A DNA stretch of 64,000 nucleotides from an uncultured Clostridia bacterium. GTDB lineage: Bacteria; Bacillota; Clostridia; Lachnospirales; Anaerotignaceae. The notes beneath the pieces are model-generated. The model was not told where the DNA came from. It made no database searches and saw only the letters and a list, made by a program, of their open reading frames with translations. Positions 57,005 to 64,000 of this stretch are shown in pieces; the first letter of the stretch is position 1, and each line of letters opens with the position of its first letter. The stretch lies in assembly GCA_944384255.1 (NCBI GenBank), contig CALWSS010000012.1, positions 3,398-67,397 of the forward strand. The letters run 5' to 3'. The translations under genes were made by a program, and so were the position numbers.

Positions 57005-60000
57005 TTAAAGTCCTCTTCGCATTTTCTCAAGCCTTAGCTGTGACTGCATTTGATTCATTACTTTTTCAGCCACTACGGAAATATCGGTTATTTTGAGCAT
57101 CTGCTTTTGAGTAGTTAAAATATTTTCAATTTCTTTCTGCTGTGAGTTAATGCGCTTTGTAAGCTCATAAATGGTTTGTTTTTCCTTCTGCTGAAATTCT
57201 GTGCTTTTATTAAGCTTTATAATATCGTTTACCTGTGTTTTTACTGTCTGCTGAACCTGAGTTGATATATCCGGTATTTTAACCGGGCTGTTTACAGTAT
57301 TCTGAGCTTTGCTATTTTTTGCTATAACCAAATCAGCTGTTTTATACTGGTTTAGTTCATTTTCAGCAACACTTTTGTTATTGCGGTTAATTAAATTTGA
57401 TGTAAAATAATTGACATTTTCAGCTATTGAAGAATTTAAACTTTCATCAGTATAAACCGGATTTATATTATTTGGAAAATGTGTTTTGTTCATTATCTGA
57501 AACACGGTTTCTTGTGGATTTTGATATAAGTTTTCAAAAATTGTATCAGCAAAAGCATTTTCTTCCGCTGTACTTTTTTTCATAACTTTATTTCCAACTA
57601 CACTTCCAACTGTATTTCTAACTGTATTTCTAACTGCATTATTAACAATGTTCTGAAATCTATTTTGAACTGCATTTCTGTTTTCCGTGTTATAAACCCA
57701 ATTTATTATTCGTTTAATTGTTGCATTGTTTGCTTTTGTAATTTGAACATTAGACAATATTTTTTTCACATCACCGGTTTTATATGCTTCTTCCACTTTG
57801 TTTAATGAATTTGTATCAGCTTTTTCTGCCAAATCAGATATAATGGCATTTATTCTTTCATTTTGTGAAGCAAGCTTTATAAAACTGCCTGCATAGTCTT
57901 TATTATTTATAATTTTCCGTATAAACTCATCTTTTTGTTCTTCAAAAGACTGTTCATTATTTTTCTCAGGCTGACTTTTTACATTTTCCAAAACCGGTTT
58001 TAAATACTCAGCCTCATTTTGTGTGTTAATAAACGTTCTTATTTCATCCAACTGAGGTTTTGTAATATATTTCATCCAGTTTCCAAGTTTTTCTGAAACA
58101 TCAGTTGTATGTTCGTTTAAATATAAAGAAGTATTTTTTAATTTGTTATTATTTAAAAGATTGTTTTGAGTATTTCCATTGGATTTATTAATATTAGTTT
58201 TTCTATTCTCCGATGCTTTTAAGTCTACCCAGCCCGTTAGCTCTTTTTTTATTTCTTTGTTTTCAGCAAGTTTATTCAGTATATTTAAGCTCTGGATTTT
58301 ATTGTTTTTGATATACTCTATTACTTCTCGTTTTTCTGCCGAAAACTCCGGCTCCGTTTCCTGTTTTTTATTCTTTACTGTTTCAAGCAAAGGCCTTATG
58401 TATTCTGTTTCCTCACTTGCGGTAAGAACGGTCTTTACACTTTCCCACTGGGTTTCTGTTAAATATGTAATCCAGTCTGTAAGCTGTGTTGTTACGTTAT
58501 TTACTAATTCTCGGTTTTGGGTTATTTCTTCTGATTCTTTGTTTATTTCTGTTTTTTCATTTATATTGTTATTAACAGTTTTATTTTCTGTTGTTGTTTT
58601 CTTTTCTAATTCTTTTAAATCTACCCAGCCCGTTAGCTCTTTTTTTATTTCTTCGTTTTCAGCAAGTTTATTCAGTATATTTAAGCTCTGGGTTTTATTG
58701 TTTTTGATATACTCTATTACTTCTCGTTTTTCTGCCGAAAACTCAGGCTCCGTTTCCTGTTTTTTATTCTTTACCGTTTCAAGCAAAGGCCTTATGTATT
58801 CTGTTTCTTCGCTTGTTGTAAGAATGGTCTTTACACTTTCCCACTGGGTTTCTGTTAAATATGTTATCCAGTCTGTAAGCTGTGCCGATGTATTATTTAT
58901 TATTTCTCTGTTTTGAGTTATTTCTTCTGGACTTCTGTTTATTTCCGTTTTTTCATTTATATTGTTATTAACAGTTTTATTTACTGTTGTTGTTTTCTTT
59001 TCTAATACTTTTAAATTTACCCAGCCCGTTAGCTCTTTTTTTATTTCCTCGTTTTCGGTAAGTTTATGAAGTATATCTAAGCTCTGGGTTTTATTGTTTT
59101 TTATATACTCTATTACTTCTCGTTTTTCTGCTGAAAACTCAGGCTCGGTTTCCTGTTTTTTATTCTTTACCGTTTCAAGCAAAGGCTTTATATACTCCGT
59201 TTCTTTACTTGCGGTAAGAACGGTCTTTACTTCTTCCCACTGGCTTTCTGTTAAGTATGTTATCCAGTCTGTAAACTTAGATGATATTTCATTAATTTCA
59301 AGCTCAGAAACATTTATATTATTTAAATTATATTTATTAATTTCAGTTGATTTAACAGCTTCATTAACAATTGGTGCATAGTTGTTATTATAAATAAAAT
59401 TAATAAACTCCTGTTTTTCACTTTCCCACTTATCAAATGACTTATTTTCTCCAACCGTAGTTTTAAAAAACTGTTTTATAGTGTTTATATTATTATCAGT
59501 ACTATTTAAAAGAACAGTTTTAAAATTAAGCCACTGATTTTGTGTCATATCCAGTACATATCTTAAATTTTGGTTTTGCTTTATGTAGTTTTGCAGATTA
59601 ATGTTATCTTCTGCATTTTTAACATATAAAGACACTTGCGGAAGCACATTTTGCAAAAAAACACTCCACTGTTCTTTTGTCATTCTTTTAACTGAAGTAA
59701 TATCATACTCAGTCATTGAAACAGCTTTAAGAAACTCTTTTTGCTCATTTTCACCCATAGATTTATATATATTATAAAATTCATAGGCATCCTTCTGCCA
59801 AGGCTCTCTTTGAGCTGACGTAATTATATAATTTACAGGCTTAAAAAGGCTGTTTCCAGCAACAGAAATATTGCTTATTTTATTTGAATTATTTAACTTA
59901 TTTTCATACTTTTTTATATTGGACAAGTTAAAAACAGGCCTGTTGGCATAAGGCTTAAAACTATAATTATTAATCTGATTATTTATTTGTTTGTGATTGC

Positions 60001-60418
60001 TAATAATAGCTTCTGCTTTATTTTTAATGTTTTCAATGCGGCTGTTCCAGTAATCGGTTTTATTAATTAACCCGTCATTTAAAACAATTTCTGCAGTTTC
60101 TTTATAAATATTACTAATTATTTCTCTGCTGCTGCCCAAAACAGATTCTGATGCTGCTTTCAGTTCCTGAAGGAGCATACGTATTTCAAGCTTAACAAAA
60201 TACAGATTCCTGCTTTGTATGTCGTAATTAAAAATTTGTGATACCAAATTATAAACACGTTCTTCTTGGCCTAAAGAGTCCGGTTCTTTTTTTAATATCA
60301 AAGAAGGCTCAGGAAACATAAATATATTCCCGTTTTCTGCTGCTCTTGAAGAAAGTTCAATTATTGAAGGCGATATGAAATTAGTTATTTGAGATATATT
60401 ACGAGCAGTCGTTCTCAT
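57005..60418 (-). CDS. tape-measure-protein candidate (Afp14 position) with internal 132-aa tandem repeats
   Basis: 1137 aa, helical, Asn/Lys/Glu-rich. Located between the chaperone/tube genes and the baseplate hub, as in phage and eCIS loci. No enzymatic motif. Confidence 0.6.
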   Translation of the reverse strand: MRTTARNISQITNFISPSIIELSSRAAENGNIFMFPEPSLILKKEPDSLGQEERVYNLVSQIFNYDIQSRNLYFVKLEIRMLLQELKAASESVLGSSREIISNIYKETAEIVLNDGLINKTDYWNSRIENIKNKAEAIISNHKQINNQINNYSFKPYANRPVFNLSNIKKYENKLNNSNKISNISVAGNSLFKPVNYIITSAQREPWQKDAYEFYNIYKSMGENEQKEFLKAVSMTEYDITSVKRMTKEQWSVFLQNVLPQVSLYVKNAEDNINLQNYIKQNQNLRYVLDMTQNQWLNFKTVLLNSTDNNINTIKQFFKTTVGENKSFDKWESEKQEFINFIYNNNYAPIVNEAVKSTEINKYNLNNINVSELEINEISSKFTDWITYLTESQWEEVKTVLTASKETEYIKPLLETVKNKKQETEPEFSAEKREVIEYIKNNKTQSLDILHKLTENEEIKKELTGWVNLKVLEKKTTTVNKTVNNNINEKTEINRSPEEITQNREIINNTSAQLTDWITYLTETQWESVKTILTTSEETEYIRPLLETVKNKKQETEPEFSAEKREVIEYIKNNKTQSLNILNKLAENEEIKKELTGWVDLKELEKKTTTENKTVNNNINEKTEINKESEEITQNRELVNNVTTQLTDWITYLTETQWESVKTVLTASEETEYIRPLLETVKNKKQETEPEFSAEKREVIEYIKNNKIQSLNILNKLAENKEIKKELTGWVDLKASENRKTNINKSNGNTQNNLLNNNKLKNTSLYLNEHTTDVSEKLGNWMKYITKPQLDEIRTFINTQNEAEYLKPVLENVKSQPEKNNEQSFEEQKDEFIRKIINNKDYAGSFIKLASQNERINAIISDLAEKADTNSLNKVEEAYKTGDVKKILSNVQITKANNATIKRIINWVYNTENRNAVQNRFQNIVNNAVRNTVRNTVGSVVGNKVMKKSTAEENAFADTIFENLYQNPQETVFQIMNKTHFPNNINPVYTDESLNSSIAENVNYFTSNLINRNNKSVAENELNQYKTADLVIAKNSKAQNTVNSPVKIPDISTQVQQTVKTQVNDIIKLNKSTEFQQKEKQTIYELTKRINSQQKEIENILTTQKQMLKITDISVVAEKVMNQMQSQLRLEKMRRGL
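58088..59275. repeat. three near-identical 396-bp tandem repeats inside the tape-measure candidate
   Basis: Landmark CCAGTCTGT recurs at 58472, 58868 and 59264. Landmark [CT]TACCCAGCCCGTTAGCTC recurs at 58225, 58621 and 59017. The period is exactly 396 bp (132 codons). Degenerate copies flank both sides. Confidence 0.9.
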
Positions 60419-60443
60419 AAGAATTCCCTTCTTTAATATAAAT

Positions 60444-60857
60444 TTAAACCTCGATTAAGCCTGTATGGGATATTTCAATACGTCTTATAAAAACATCAGA
60501 CCTTAAAGCGTCAAGACCGTTTGTTTCCCATTTAGTAATTAAACCGTATTCAAAGGCATAAGTCTTAGCAATACTGCCATTATGCATAACCATTATAGTG
60601 CCTGCATTAACGGCCATTCCTACTTTAAGATTTATTTCCATGCTTGATGTCTGAACACCTTTTTCAAGGACTAAAGTGTCAAAAGAAGTTTTAGGCTTTC
60701 TCAGTATTCTTGGACTATCGTTATAGCCGCCTTCCTCAAGAGCTTCCATTTCTATATTGCCCGATATATTTGTAACTTTTGAAAAACTGAATACCAAGAG
60801 ATTAAGTGAAACTATAAAATTATTGTTTGTCACAATGGAATTTTGTACACTGCCCAT
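60444..60857 (-). CDS. tail tube protein paralogue (gp19-like, Afp5-like)
   Basis: ..NFIVSLN..VFSFSKVTNISG.IEMEALEEGG.N..P.IL.KP.....LVLEKG matches the phage T4 gp19-type tube pattern. Confidence 0.75.
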   Translation of the reverse strand: MGSVQNSIVTNNNFIVSLNLLVFSFSKVTNISGNIEMEALEEGGYNDSPRILRKPKTSFDTLVLEKGVQTSSMEINLKVGMAVNAGTIMVMHNGSIAKTYAFEYGLITKWETNGLDALRSDVFIRRIEISHTGLIEV

Positions 60858-60874
60858 TTTAAATGCCTCCGCTT

Positions 60875-61111
60875 TTAAATTTTAAACATATTTTCCGGTT
60901 CATCATTTAACTTTCGGTTTATACCGGAAATCTCATTACACCAGCGTACTCTTTCAAGATGGCTCATACTCATAATTTCATCATGACTCCAATGAACATA
61001 ATAAGCTATAAATGCCGCTTCCTCGTATATTTTATCTGCCGGATATGTTTTTATAGACCGGCTTGCATAAAATTTATAGGAACTTCTATCTCCTTTTTGC
61101 AGTGAGGACAT
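60875..61111 (-). CDS. small conserved CIS protein; possibly the -1 frame extension of the upstream chaperone-like ORF
   Basis: ..AFIAYYVHWSHDEIMSMSHLERVRWCNEISGINRKLN.. is a small-protein block I associate with eCIS loci. No good RBS before ATG 61111. Overlaps 61051..61434 by 61 nt. Confidence 0.5.
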   Translation of the reverse strand: MSSLQKGDRSSYKFYASRSIKTYPADKIYEEAAFIAYYVHWSHDEIMSMSHLERVRWCNEISGINRKLNDEPENMFKI

Positions 61112-61434
61112 ATAGCTTTATAAACCGGAAACTCCATAGTATTTATCCTCTGATATAAATCCTGGAGATATGCCAAATCCATAGTAAAAAGATTTTCAAT
61201 AACCCTTGTGTCAACAGCCGGCATAGAACCAAGTCTTGTTACAACACGGGCTAAAAGTATAATAGTTAGGTATCCCGGGTTTTGCTGAACTCTCGGGTCT
61301 TTAAGCGGAAGAATTTCGTCTGCTGCATTGGCAAGACGCATAGTGCCTTCTTTATGAATATTTCCGTCTTTATCTATGTAGCCCTTAGGCAGTACAAAAT
61401 CAAATTCTGTTTGAAAAGCCATTTTATATTTCAC
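61051..61434 (-). CDS. tail assembly chaperone-like protein
   Basis: 127 aa between tube and tape-measure genes. ..GTMRLANAADEILPLKDPRVQQNPGYLTIILLARVVTRLG......VIENLFTMDLAYLQDLY block. Confidence 0.5.
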   Translation of the reverse strand: MKYKMAFQTEFDFVLPKGYIDKDGNIHKEGTMRLANAADEILPLKDPRVQQNPGYLTIILLARVVTRLGSMPAVDTRVIENLFTMDLAYLQDLYQRINTMEFPVYKAICPHCKKEIEVPINFMQAGL

Positions 61435-61568
61435 CTCATTTTTGAAAACAAGACCGCACTAAAGCGAATATCTAATATGTTTTTAAGCTGCCAAAACCTT
61501 ATTTTAATTAAAAATTCGGCTTTGCTTAAAAGATACACTTAGTGCAGTCTTTATGTTTTATTGTTATA

Positions 61569-61997
61569 TTACGATACTCTTGTCATACCTTCATGAACAA
61601 TCTCAAGTGTTTCGATTGCTATTTCAGAAGCTGAAGCATTAAAGTCCGGTGCTGTATATTTTGTAGGCCATGCATTTATTATCTGCCATGAAGCAGCCGG
61701 AGCCTGTGTTTCGTTTAATAATGTAATAGTAAGAGTTTTACGCTCAATTTCACCGTTTATGCCTGTTGTTATCCAGTCATATAATACTCTTGAATCTGTA
61801 ACACCCTGTTTTAAAGTTATGTTTCCATATTTTTTAAGACCTGTTACTTTCATAGGTGTTTCAGCCGTCATGTCGCCTTCTCTATATTCAATAGGCTCGA
61901 TTGTAGCATCAAAGCCTGTAACTTCTGAAAAGCCGCCGGCCTCCAAGCCGTCAATTTCAACCTTATATCTAAATTTTGCCTGAGGATAGCCTGCCAT
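61569..61997 (-). CDS. tail tube protein (Afp1-like, gp19 family)
   Basis: KFRYKVEIDGLEAGGFSEVTGFDATIEPIEYREGD.. is the canonical CIS/phage tube N-terminus; 142 aa. Confidence 0.9.
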   Translation of the reverse strand: MAGYPQAKFRYKVEIDGLEAGGFSEVTGFDATIEPIEYREGDMTAETPMKVTGLKKYGNITLKQGVTDSRVLYDWITTGINGEIERKTLTITLLNETQAPAASWQIINAWPTKYTAPDFNASASEIAIETLEIVHEGMTRVS

Positions 61998-62028
61998 TTA
62001 TATTTACTCCTTTCGTGCTTTAATTTAA

Positions 62029-63759
62029 TTATTCTGCATCTGCTGTTTTCTGAGAAATACGGAATATTACAAATTCTGCCGGTTTTACAGGTGCTACACC
62101 TATAACACAGATAAGTCTTCCGTTATCAATATCGTCTTGGCTCATTGTATCTCTGCCTATATGAACAAAAAATGCTTCTTCTGGAGAAGTACCGGCAAGA
62201 GAACCGCCTCTCCAAAGATTTGTTAAAAATACACTTATTGTTCTTTGTACTCTTACCCAAAGCACCTCGTCATTAGGCTCAAAAACAGCCCAGTTTGTAT
62301 TTGCTTTAATTGATTCTTCAATAAATATAAAAAGTCTACGTACATTTATGTATTTCCAGCTGCTGTTGCTTGTTGCAGTTCTTGCACCCCAAACACGTAT
62401 ACCCTGTCCTGCAAAAGCTCTGATAAGGTTAACACCCTTAGGGTTAAGTATATCCTGCTCGCCTGTGTTAAACTGGCACTCAAGACCTATACAGCCTCTA
62501 ACTACTTCGTTTGCAGGAGCTTTATGCACACCTCTTGTATTGTCGCTTCTTGCATAAATTCCAAGTATTGAGCCTGAAGGCGGTATTGAAATGTTTTTCT
62601 TATCAAGTGGGTCAAAAACCTTGAGCCATGGATGATAAAGAGCTGCATAATTTGTATCAAATATATTTCTGTGAGCTATAATATCTTCTACTTTTTTGGC
62701 ATCTTTCGGAATATCAAGTACGGCAAATCTGCTGCCTGTGTTTTCACAGTGTGCCACAAGTGTGAGCTGAACGTTAGGGTCAGTAACACCCGGTACAGCT
62801 ATTAATGAAACAACATCGTTATCCAAAAATGCCTGTATACCAGTTCTGCTGCCTGCACCTTTATCCTCACCTATAAAGTCTGCTGCTGAAATGTTTGATA
62901 CACTGCCGTTGCTTCCGCCTGAAAATACAGCTGAGCCTACGGATTCTTCTTTACCTGCAAGCTGCTCAAAAGGCGGCTCAACTGCTTTGTTGTCGCCTAA
63001 ATAATGTACTTCTACCAAGTCGGACTTAGCCATTTTCTTATCAACGTAGTTAGGTGCCTCTACATTAAAAGACATCTGGTCGTAAAACTCAACTATTTCG
63101 TTGAAGCTTACTTCCATTGCAAATTCACATGTTGATATAATTTTTGTTGGAAGTATAGATTTATCAACAACATCAATGTCAAATTCCTTTTCAAAAGAAA
63201 TTACATTGTCGCGGCTGTTAACTACTTTATTATACACAATTTCTGTGCCGTCTGTATACATTACAACATCTCCGGCATAAAAACCTGCTCCGTTTTTAAC
63301 AAGATATTTATTGCCTTCGTTTGTTTCAATAACTTCTAATATCTGTGTTTTAGCCTTGCTTGAAGGTGTTACTACAACACGGATATTATTGCCCCACATA
63401 CCCGGGTTTTTAGCTGTAAGCTGTAAAACAGCCTCATCTTTATTAGGCATAAAGCCTGTAGCACATGCTGCATCCTGAGGTGCAACCCTGCAAACGAAAC
63501 ATCTTGAGCCGCCGTTTAAAAAGAACTGCTCTACTGCATAAGCTAAATAACGGTATTCTCCAAACTCGTTTTCAGAAAGATAACCTCCATAAATTCTGTG
63601 AAAATTAGCCGGGTTTGTAACAAGCTGCGGCACACCTTCAACAGGGCCTCTTTCCGCAAGGCCTATAAAACCTGCTGTACTTGTGCTAACGCCTTCCATA
63701 GGTTTAGAACCGGATTCAAATTCCTCCACATATACTCCTGGTGACAAATATTCAGCCAT
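62029..63759 (-). CDS. contractile tail sheath protein (Afp2-4-like)
   Basis: MAEYLSPGVYVEEFESGSKPMEGVSTSTAGFIG start and C-terminal ..VNLIRAFAGQGIRVWGARTA.....WKYINVRRL block typical of phage/CIS sheaths. Confidence 0.95.
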   Translation of the reverse strand: MAEYLSPGVYVEEFESGSKPMEGVSTSTAGFIGLAERGPVEGVPQLVTNPANFHRIYGGYLSENEFGEYRYLAYAVEQFFLNGGSRCFVCRVAPQDAACATGFMPNKDEAVLQLTAKNPGMWGNNIRVVVTPSSKAKTQILEVIETNEGNKYLVKNGAGFYAGDVVMYTDGTEIVYNKVVNSRDNVISFEKEFDIDVVDKSILPTKIISTCEFAMEVSFNEIVEFYDQMSFNVEAPNYVDKKMAKSDLVEVHYLGDNKAVEPPFEQLAGKEESVGSAVFSGGSNGSVSNISAADFIGEDKGAGSRTGIQAFLDNDVVSLIAVPGVTDPNVQLTLVAHCENTGSRFAVLDIPKDAKKVEDIIAHRNIFDTNYAALYHPWLKVFDPLDKKNISIPPSGSILGIYARSDNTRGVHKAPANEVVRGCIGLECQFNTGEQDILNPKGVNLIRAFAGQGIRVWGARTATSNSSWKYINVRRLFIFIEESIKANTNWAVFEPNDEVLWVRVQRTISVFLTNLWRGGSLAGTSPEEAFFVHIGRDTMSQDDIDNGRLICVIGVAPVKPAEFVIFRISQKTADAE

Positions 63760-63837
63760 TTTATTTCCAATTTCCGCTTTAAAATCAGAAACTGGTTCCT
63801 CCTTTCTTTTTGCTTTTATATAAAACCAATAATGCCA

Positions 63838-63866
63838 CTTATAAAAACAAATAAGTATTTTAACAA
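63838..63866 (-). promoter_or_regulatory. possible promoter of the CIS array
   Basis: Minus strand TTGTTA (63866-63861), 17-nt spacer, TATAAG (63843-63838), about 80 nt upstream of the sheath ATG. Confidence 0.3.
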
Positions 63867-64000
63867 TGAAGCCTTATTATTTTTAAAATTATGCATTATT
63901 TTGTGTTTACACCTAATTTAATCTTTGTTTTCATTGTTGCTTTTATTATTGCTTCCTTCGTTTTGGCCTTCATCAATGTTGTTTTCACTATCAGAATATC

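Noticed and set aside
58179-59381. Long antisense ORFs (245 aa and 95 aa, + strand) inside the tape-measure repeats
   Set aside because: They are repetitive Ser/Phe/Val-rich translations that mirror the 396-bp repeats. This is a typical antisense artefact of a Lys/Glu/Asn-rich gene in AT-rich DNA.
41558-63759. Interpretation as a myovirus prophage tail module
   Set aside because: No head, portal, terminase, integrase, repressor or lysis genes are visible in 35 kb. The presence of a DUF4255 cap, an Afp15-like ATPase and a DUF4280 tip favours a CIS. The region upstream of 64000 is unseen, so this remains open.
28965-63759. Interpretation as a type VI secretion system
   Set aside because: The sheath is a single phage-type protein rather than a TssB/TssC pair. 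There is a tape-measure-position gene, a cap protein and an Afp15-type ATPase. No TssJ/L/M-, TssA- or ClpV-like genes were recognised.
63760-63815. Strong AAAGGAGG Shine-Dalgarno ~40 nt upstream of the sheath ATG, whereas the ATG itself has only a weak GGA
   Set aside because: The upstream in-frame stretch has no ATG, GTG or TTG start, and MAEYLSPGVYVEE is the canonical sheath N-terminus. No start codon follows the strong SD at proper spacing in any frame. This may be a standby site, but I cannot support a feature.
63918-64000. Possible 3' end of another minus-strand gene at the window edge (acidic/Asn-rich tail YSDSENNIDEGQNEGSNNKSNNENKD*)
   Set aside because: Two different frames are open to the window edge, and less than 30 codons are visible, so neither frame nor function can be decided.

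Overview
AT-rich Firmicutes (Clostridia-like) chromosomal window; an alpha/beta-type SASP gene suggests an endospore former. The left part (1-24 kb) is ordinary housekeeping. It holds a truncated Cys/Met PLP enzyme, four tRNAs, a lysine-riboswitch-controlled asd-dapA-dapB operon, a glnA-ANTAR operon with a leader terminator, truA, class-3 fbp, an aminotransferase/dehydrogenase/SDR group and an IclR-linked sugar-acid dehydratase cluster. At 25-29 kb lies a large secreted fusion protein (5'-nucleotidase + SLH repeats + M13 peptidase). The right part (28965-63759) is a single co-directional minus-strand array of 26 ORFs encoding a complete contractile injection system (eCIS / phage-tail-like). 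Recognisable parts are sheath, two tube paralogues, an overlapping chaperone-like ORF pair, a repeat-containing tape-measure candidate, LysM tube-initiator-like protein, gpD hub, gpV/VgrG spike, gp25, two baseplate-J-like proteins, gpI-like protein, DUF4255 cap, DUF4280 PAAR-like tip and an Afp15-like AAA+ ATPase. No capsid, terminase, portal or integrase genes are visible. Tightly packed inside the array are non-canonical genes. These are two paralogous 2-TM / HAMP-like / degenerate cyclase-homology / TPR membrane proteins, a TM-anchored MORN-repeat protein, a TM-anchored possible pseudokinase, a 1552-aa protein with no recognisable toxin domain and a YbjN-like chaperone candidate. Together they suggest a membrane-associated and possibly signal-controlled CIS variant. 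All functional calls rest on motif recognition by eye; no database search was run.
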